Of a stretch of DNA of 63,610 bases, positions 57,922 through 63,610 are shown one piece after another. Position numbers and translations under genes: made by a program. The notes under the pieces are model-generated. The model was not told the origin of the DNA. It saw nothing but the letters and a program-made list of their open reading frames with translations, and did no database searches. Origin of the DNA: Bacilli bacterium (GTDB lineage: Bacteria > Bacillota_I > Bacilli_A > RFN20 > CAG-826); the NCBI GenBank assembly GCA_024409055.1, contig JAKSUL010000006.1:1-63610 (forward strand), read 5' to 3'. How positions within the stretch are numbered: position 1 is the stretch's first letter; each line of letters starts with the position of its first letter.

Positions 57922-59550
57922 ATGGCAACGCTTAAATTTAATAATATCCAGAAAATTTACCCCAACCACGTTCAGGCTGTTTTCGATTTCAATTTGGAGA
58001 TCAAAGACAAGGAATTTATCGTCTTCGTCGGCCCGTCCGGATGTGGTAAATCAACCACCCTCAGAATGATTGCTGGATTAGAAGATATCTCCGACGGCGA
58101 GCTTTTCATCGACAACCGTTTGGTCAATTTCGTCGATCCAAAAGAAAGAAATATCGCGATGGTTTTCCAAAGCTATGCCTTGTACCCGCATATGACCGTC
58201 TACGATAACATCGGTTTCTCTTTGAAAATCCGCAAGATGGATAGAAAAGTTTTTGAAGAAAACGAAGAAAGAGCGACTCTAGAAAAAGAAATCACCGTCT
58301 TAAGAAAACAGATGATGAGCGTCATCAAAAAAGGCGGAAGAAACCACAAGAAGAGGGAAGAGTGCCAGAAAGAAGCCGAGAGGCTTAGAGCGGAGGTCAA
58401 AGAAAAGATCGCCAAGTGGCATGAACTCGAGACCGTCAAAGTCGGAAAATCGACCTTGTTGATCGAAAGAAACGCCAAATTGATTAAAACCTCCACCAAA
58501 GAGATCCAAGAACTCAAAAAGAAGATTGCTTCTGGCGAAAAAGAAATCGTTTCTTTGGAAGAAAAGATCAACGCCGCGAAAGCCGAACAACCAGTTTCCG
58601 AGAAGAAGGTCAACAAACTCGCTGGCGATTTAGACATGGATAACCATGTTTTGAACTCTTTGCGCATCGAACTAAACAGCAAGGAAAACGAGCTAGAACA
58701 AGCCAAGAAGGATTTTGAGTATTATTCAAACAACGATGTCGAACTTATCAAGTATCGCCATCTCACCAAAAACGAAATATTCGACGAGGTTTTGCATGCT
58801 GCTGAGATTTTGGATTTGTTCAAATATCTCGCCCGCAAACCAGCCGCCCTTTCCGGTGGCCAGCGTCAGCGTGTTGCTTTAGGACGTGCCATCGTCAGAA
58901 AACCAAAAGTCTTCTTGATGGACGAACCTCTTTCCAACTTGGACGCCAAACTCAGAACCCAGACAAGGACCGAGATCGCCCAAATTCATAAAGAAGTTGG
59001 AGCGACGACCGTTTACGTTACCCACGACCAAGTCGAGGCTTTGACCTTGGCCGATAGGATCGTCATTATGAAGGATGGTGTCGTCCAGCAAGTTTGCACT
59101 CCGAAAGAAGCTTATGAACAACCGGCCAATATGTTCGTCGCCGGCTTTATCGGCTCCCCATCCACTAATTTCTTAACCGGCGTCTTTGACGGAAAAGCCG
59201 TTAACGTCCCTTATAAAGACGGAAGCATCGCCGTCAAGCTCAACAAGGACATGGTGGCCGAATTGAAGGATTACAAAGACAAGGAAGTCGTTGTTGGTAT
59301 TAGACCCGAATTCATGCATTTGAAGTCTGAATACAAAGATGATGGAGAAGTCGCCACCGTCAAATTGGCCTTCAAAGATAGCGAATTGGTCGGACACGAA
59401 TCCATCGTTTATTTCGACGTCAACGGTAGCCGTTTATCGGCGAAAGCCTCTTCTGATGCCGAGATAGAAGCCGGAAAAGATTACGAGTTCGTCATCGAAC
59501 TTAAGAAAATCCACGTTTTCGACAAAGAAACCACAAAGACTATTATCTAA
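57922..59550 (+). CDS. Sugar ABC transporter ATP-binding protein (MsmX/UgpC/MalK type) with large coiled-coil insertion
   Basis: GPSGCGKST, VFQSYALYPH, LSGGQRQR, FLMDEPLSNLD, YVTHDQ, GIRPE; about 173 aa insert. Confidence 0.92.
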   Translation: MATLKFNNIQKIYPNHVQAVFDFNLEIKDKEFIVFVGPSGCGKSTTLRMIAGLEDISDGELFIDNRLVNFVDPKERNIAMVFQSYALYPHMTVYDNIGFSLKIRKMDRKVFEENEERATLEKEITVLRKQMMSVIKKGGRNHKKREECQKEAERLRAEVKEKIAKWHELETVKVGKSTLLIERNAKLIKTSTKEIQELKKKIASGEKEIVSLEEKINAAKAEQPVSEKKVNKLAGDLDMDNHVLNSLRIELNSKENELEQAKKDFEYYSNNDVELIKYRHLTKNEIFDEVLHAAEILDLFKYLARKPAALSGGQRQRVALGRAIVRKPKVFLMDEPLSNLDAKLRTQTRTEIAQIHKEVGATTVYVTHDQVEALTLADRIVIMKDGVVQQVCTPKEAYEQPANMFVAGFIGSPSTNFLTGVFDGKAVNVPYKDGSIAVKLNKDMVAELKDYKDKEVVVGIRPEFMHLKSEYKDDGEVATVKLAFKDSELVGHESIVYFDVNGSRLSAKASSDAEIEAGKDYEFVIELKKIHVFDKETTKTII

Positions 59551-59558
59551 GTTGTTAG

Positions 59559-60239
59559 ATGAAGATAAATTTTGAGTTTTTAAAAAACGATATCGATCCC
59601 GAAACCCAAGTAAAGTTTCCTTATTATTTCGATGGGGTCGAAGAATCTGAGGCTGACTTCAAAGTCATGTTCATAGGTAACTCAATTACCTATCACGAGA
59701 AGAAACCTGATATTGGATGGCTGAAAGATTGTGGTATGGCCGCAACCGATATTGAAAGTGATTACGTTCACTTGGTTTTAAAGCACATTCAAAAAAGCCA
59801 CCCTAGAACTAGGGCGTGCGTCTTTAATGGCGGGACTTGGGAGTGCGATAACTTTAGCGAAAAGAAATTCGCCTCTATCAAAGAAACAGTCGAACAATTT
59901 AAGCCAAATCTTGTCATTGTTAGAATCGGTGAGAATTTCTCTAAAGAAAATCTAAAGAATGGCTTAGACCCTGAGCCTAGTTTCGAAATGCTTTTCAATG
60001 AGTGTAAGGACCACGCTGATAAAGTTTTGGTTACCAGTTTGTTTTGGCATCATGACATATTAGACGATGCAATAGTTAGAGCCTCTAAGCGAGTCGGCGT
60101 TCAATATATAGACATTAACGATCTTGGCGAAGTCGACGAAAACAAAGCCTTAGGTCAATACGAACACGCAGGCATATGTGGCCATCCTGGAAACCTTGGG
60201 ATGAAACGTATAGCTGAAAGAATAATAGAAAAGCTGTGA
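59559..60239 (+). CDS. SGNH/GDSL hydrolase
   Basis: FIGNSITYH, RIGEN, GHPGNLGM. Confidence 0.82.
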   Translation: MKINFEFLKNDIDPETQVKFPYYFDGVEESEADFKVMFIGNSITYHEKKPDIGWLKDCGMAATDIESDYVHLVLKHIQKSHPRTRACVFNGGTWECDNFSEKKFASIKETVEQFKPNLVIVRIGENFSKENLKNGLDPEPSFEMLFNECKDHADKVLVTSLFWHHDILDDAIVRASKRVGVQYIDINDLGEVDENKALGQYEHAGICGHPGNLGMKRIAERIIEKL

Positions 60240-60256
60240 TTTCTCACAGCGTTTTC
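60228..60256. terminator. Bidirectional terminator between convergent genes
   Basis: GAAAAGCTGTGA-TTTC-TCACAGCGTTTTC hairpin overlapping the TGA stop at 60237-60239. Confidence 0.65.
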
Positions 60257-60257
60257 T

Positions 60258-61487
60258 TTACTTGTCGAAGACGTCTTTTGGTTCCCTGGTTTTCCATTTT
60301 CCGCGAGTGAAGTCGGGGAACAATTGCGGTGCTCCACCTTCTTTAATGGATTTTTCGCTAAGGACGGAAATGCACATCCATGTTGCCGCGTCATAAACGT
60401 CGATAGTTGGATCAATTCCTTCCTTTAAGCAATCGATGAAATATCTGAATTCGAAGTAATCCATGCCGCCATGTCCGGCAACAAGGATTTCGTTTGTGAT
60501 GGTTTTCCAGAAATCCGGGAGATATTTCTCTTCGTACTTCTCACCGTTTTTGATGTTTTCTGCATACCATTCTTCGGTGAAGTAATTTTCTTTTTGGCCA
60601 TCGACGTAGACGGAGTGAGTCGCGCCTTCATACATCGCTTTAGTTCCTTCGATAGTGAAGTTGCGGTTATAGCTTCTTGGCAATGTGGTATCCAATTTGA
60701 TGGCGACCGTCTCGCCATTTTCGCAAGTGATTATGGTGTTAACGACATCACCCTGTTTGAATTCAACGTTCTCCAATTCTTTGTAGGTATCGAGGTTGTC
60801 TTTGATGTATTGGTGGAGCCCTCTTGCCTTGCTGGACATGGAAACTAGCGAAACGAATCTATTGCCGCGATTGATGTTTAGGATTTTGGCGATCGGACCA
60901 ATTTCGTGGGTTGGGTAGTTGTCGCAGTTTCTCGCCATGTAATTTCTTAAGCGGTAGTGTCTATTGATGTTGCCGCCAGAAACTTCTTTCCTTAAATCGT
61001 GTGAATAGCTGCCTTCCATATGGACGATCTCTCCGAAGAACCCGTCTCTGGCCATTCTTGTGGCCATGAGCTCGTGCTTATCGAAGCAGCAATTTTCCAT
61101 GAGCATGAACGGGGTTTTCGTTTTCTCCCATGTGTCGACGAGCTTCCAAAGCTCTTCTTCGTCATAAGCTGCCCCGACTTCCATGGCTACGGCTTTGCCT
61201 TCTTCCATCGCGCGGCAGGCGACTTTGATGTGGTCTTCCCATGAGGTCGATACCAAGACGGCATCGATTTCCTTCATCTTCAAGATGTCTTCAAAGTTCG
61301 TTGTTAAGAATGGATCATCTCCATATTTTTCCTTAACGTCTACGGCATATTGCTTTGGTCTATCGTCATAGGAATCACATAAAGCGATTACCTTAACGTC
61401 CGGAAGGGCGAATAAGACCGATTTCATAAGGCCTACGCCACGATGGCCTAAGCCGATAACTGCAAAGTTATATATTTCCTTTTTCAT
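60258..61487 (-). CDS. Gfo/Idh/MocA oxidoreductase, GH109-type glycosidase (paralog of 18388)
   Basis: GLGHRG, STSWEDH, MENCCF, YPTHEIGP, GHGGMD, DVYDAATW, FPDFTRGKW. Confidence 0.88.
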   Translation of the reverse strand: MKKEIYNFAVIGLGHRGVGLMKSVLFALPDVKVIALCDSYDDRPKQYAVDVKEKYGDDPFLTTNFEDILKMKEIDAVLVSTSWEDHIKVACRAMEEGKAVAMEVGAAYDEEELWKLVDTWEKTKTPFMLMENCCFDKHELMATRMARDGFFGEIVHMEGSYSHDLRKEVSGGNINRHYRLRNYMARNCDNYPTHEIGPIAKILNINRGNRFVSLVSMSSKARGLHQYIKDNLDTYKELENVEFKQGDVVNTIITCENGETVAIKLDTTLPRSYNRNFTIEGTKAMYEGATHSVYVDGQKENYFTEEWYAENIKNGEKYEEKYLPDFWKTITNEILVAGHGGMDYFEFRYFIDCLKEGIDPTIDVYDAATWMCISVLSEKSIKEGGAPQLFPDFTRGKWKTREPKDVFDK

Positions 61488-61490
61488 AAT

Positions 61491-62312
61491 TTATTTCCTC
61501 ATGAATTTTAAGGCATCTATGTACCAGTTCTTTGTGTTTTCCACTGTCTTCAAATCGAAGGCGTCATTATATACGCTTCGATCTCCAAGAGAGAATCCGT
61601 GAACGGTTCCCTCATATGTGTGCTCGTCACATTCGACTCCGTTTTCCTTTAAGGCGTCAATTAACGCTTGAGCGTTTTGATGGGGGACGGCGTCGTCATT
61701 TTTATCCCCGAATATAAATGTCCTCGGGAACGATGGGGTGACGTGCTTTTCTATTGAATAGAACTCTTCCAATTTCTTTGGGCCGCGTCCAACAAGGTTT
61801 ATGTAGGTCCTGGTGCCTTCGCATTCTTTGTTCATCACGATAACCGGATACCCTAGAAGTAGGCCTGCGAAATCCGAGTTTGTTTCCTCTCCCAATAATT
61901 GTTTTGGTAGAGGAGAGTCTTTATAAGCTCCGATAGTGGAAGCGAGGTGCCCGCCGGCGGAGAATCCCAACAAGAATATTTTGGATTCGTCGACGTGGTA
62001 TTGCTCGGCGTGTTTATGAATGAAGTCTAATGCGGCGAAGGCTTCGATCATCGGATACGGATATTCCGTATCTGGGAATATTGAATACGTTAATAAGAAT
62101 GCGCATGTATCGAATCCAAGGAACCTAAGGGCTACTGGTTCTGATTCCCTTTGGGAAACCATTTGGTACGCTCCACCTGGGCAAATCAATATTGCCTCTC
62201 TTTTTCTGTTGATGCTGATTTCGTTGAAGTTATCAGGGCAAAATACGGTTAGTTGGGCTTTATGTTTCAGAGATGGATACTCTTTCGCTAATTCGATTTT
62301 CTCGTATATCAT
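61491..62312 (-). CDS. Alpha/beta hydrolase (acetyl/feruloyl-esterase-like)
   Basis: CPGGAY oxyanion motif, GFSAGGHL nucleophile elbow, DDAVP, VHGFSL. Confidence 0.88.
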   Translation of the reverse strand: MIYEKIELAKEYPSLKHKAQLTVFCPDNFNEISINRKREAILICPGGAYQMVSQRESEPVALRFLGFDTCAFLLTYSIFPDTEYPYPMIEAFAALDFIHKHAEQYHVDESKIFLLGFSAGGHLASTIGAYKDSPLPKQLLGEETNSDFAGLLLGYPVIVMNKECEGTRTYINLVGRGPKKLEEFYSIEKHVTPSFPRTFIFGDKNDDAVPHQNAQALIDALKENGVECDEHTYEGTVHGFSLGDRSVYNDAFDLKTVENTKNWYIDALKFMRK

Positions 62313-62567
62313 TGCGGCGTCATTCTAGCACTTTCGGTGGTTTAATTTATTCTTTTGCCTCTCTTAAGTAGAAATTGATTTATCGACTTAATAATTTGAA
62401 ATCTGTTTGAAAAACAAACCAATTATCGCTTAGTTGATTTTGCAACTGCAAAAGAAAACTGAGTAAAAATATTTCAAAAAATCTACAAAGTGCAATATTC
62501 TTTGAAATATAACAAGAATTTCATAAGAATATATTTCTTTTTTAACAATCAGCCCTAAAATGAGGGC

Positions 62568-63353
62568 ATGTTCCATTTTGAGTACGGGAATGCATATATT
62601 GAGTACAAAACAGACTCATTCTACGAAAGAGACCTTCTTTATCGCCACATGCACGATAACGTCGAGATCCATTTTCTCATCAAGGCGACCGGTTCTTTTA
62701 GAATCGACGAATCGGCCTACGACATTCATAACCGCGATCTCATAATCATGCCTCAGCATGTTTATCACTATATCCAAACCAAACAAAACGAGCCTTACGA
62801 GAGGATTATCTTAAATTTCCCAAAAGACTTCTTTGATAATGTCACTGGCGGAAAGCCGATGTTTGATAAACCTTTGGTAGTCAATTTGGCCTCACATAAC
62901 GAATTGGTGAAGACATTTGACGACATGGTCTATTTCGACGCCTACCTTAAGGATGAAGATGATAAAAAGGCGATGGTTCTCCTTCTCGCCCAAAAGATTG
63001 CCATTTTGTTGAAAAACACCGAGTTTGAAACAAACGTCTCCAAGAGCGTAAACGAATTGACCTGCAGAGCGATTGCGTATATCGATGAACATATATACGA
63101 GAATTTAACGGTCGCCAAAATCGCCGACGCTTTGTATGTGTCGAAATCCCATTTGCAGAACGTCTTCTTAACTTCTATGAAGATCGGCATCAAGGCCTAT
63201 ATCATTATGAAGAAGATGAATATCGCCCATACGATGCTTCAAAACGGAAATAGATCGACCTCGGTTGCTTCCTCTCTTGGATATACGACCTACTCTTGTT
63301 TCTATAAATCTTACGTTAAAGTCTTCGGCGTGCCGCCAAAGGATACGAAATAA
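62568..63353 (+). CDS. AraC family transcriptional regulator
   Basis: Cupin RHMHDNVEIHFL; HTH IADALYVSKSHLQNVF..SLGYTTYSCFYKSYVKVFGVPP. Confidence 0.9.
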   Translation: MFHFEYGNAYIEYKTDSFYERDLLYRHMHDNVEIHFLIKATGSFRIDESAYDIHNRDLIIMPQHVYHYIQTKQNEPYERIILNFPKDFFDNVTGGKPMFDKPLVVNLASHNELVKTFDDMVYFDAYLKDEDDKKAMVLLLAQKIAILLKNTEFETNVSKSVNELTCRAIAYIDEHIYENLTVAKIADALYVSKSHLQNVFLTSMKIGIKAYIIMKKMNIAHTMLQNGNRSTSVASSLGYTTYSCFYKSYVKVFGVPPKDTK

Positions 63354-63363
63354 TAGCGTTAAC

Positions 63364-63394
63364 AAAAAAGCCACGTGATCAGCGTGGCTTTTTG
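63364..63394. terminator. Bidirectional intrinsic terminator
   Basis: AAAAAGCCACG-TGATCAG-CGTGGCTTTTT between convergent genes. Confidence 0.85.
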
Positions 63395-63406
63395 ATTGAG
63401 CTTATC

Positions 63407-63610
63407 TTAGCGAACGACTGGAACGCTTCCGTCGGTGCATGTGATAGCGGTTAAGGAAGTGCATCCTTGCCAGCTCGGTTTTTTGCTCAAGGCGTTCCAT
63501 TCCGCGGTTGTTCCGTTATAAGAAACGGTGACCAAATTCTCACAGTTGCAGAACGCCATCTCTTGGAGCGAGGTGACTGTGGACGGGATGCTGGCGGTGG
63601 TCATTAAATG
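63407..63610 (-). CDS. C-terminal fragment of BspA-type leucine-rich-repeat protein (5' end outside window)
   Basis: IPSTVTSLQEMAFCNCENL and YNGTTAEWNAL..ITCTDG are typical LRR_5/BspA tails; reading frame stays open to the window edge. Confidence 0.75.
   Translation of the reverse strand, partial: HLMTTASIPSTVTSLQEMAFCNCENLVTVSYNGTTAEWNALSKKPSWQGCTSLTAITCTDGSVPVVR

Noticed and set aside
63407-63604. Stand-alone 65-aa protein
   Set aside because: The frame stays open to the window edge and the sequence is an LRR-protein C-terminus; treated as a partial gene
1-63610. CRISPR array, tRNA/rRNA, transposase, integrase or invertase
   Set aside because: No regularly spaced repeats or recognisable motifs; intergenic gaps are short and explained by promoters and terminators
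1-63610. Mycoplasma-type genetic code (TGA=Trp), suggested by the inserted ATPases
   Set aside because: TGA ends complete proteins (e.g. 11230, 13249, 32564, 60239) and long ORFs are intact under code 11

Overview
The whole window is one large carbohydrate-utilisation island from a low-GC Gram-positive bacterium. It uses the standard genetic code (TGA is a stop). The style suggests an uncultured gut/rumen Bacilli lineage, which is inference. It is bounded by terminators at about 20-57 and 63364-63394, with an AraC regulator near each end. It holds two parallel sugar ABC-import modules. Each has a solute-binding lipoprotein, two permeases, an MsmX/UgpC-type ATPase with a 140-175 aa coiled-coil insertion, a second short ATPase with a non-canonical signature that is coupled to a YesL/DUF624-like membrane protein, and a surface enzyme-like lipoprotein (GH123-like or DUF4838-like). 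The cytoplasmic enzymes are GH125, GH37-like, two GH109, GH106-like, GH63-like, GH2-like, GH36, three SGNH esterases, CE4, CE15-like, an alpha/beta esterase and an ADP-ribosylglycohydrolase-family protein. The most striking feature is a 3x2 set of six large exported proteins. Three N-terminal stalk types (Ig-like lipoprotein, His/Cys-repeat lipoprotein, non-lipidated HY..GxRE[FY]W module) are each combined with one of two payload domain families (a CBM-like jelly-roll or a GYYxL..FxGxxDG repeat). There are sequence traces of duplication and domain swapping. No rRNA, tRNA, CRISPR array or mobile-element gene was recognised. All family calls come from motif recognition by eye, not database searches.
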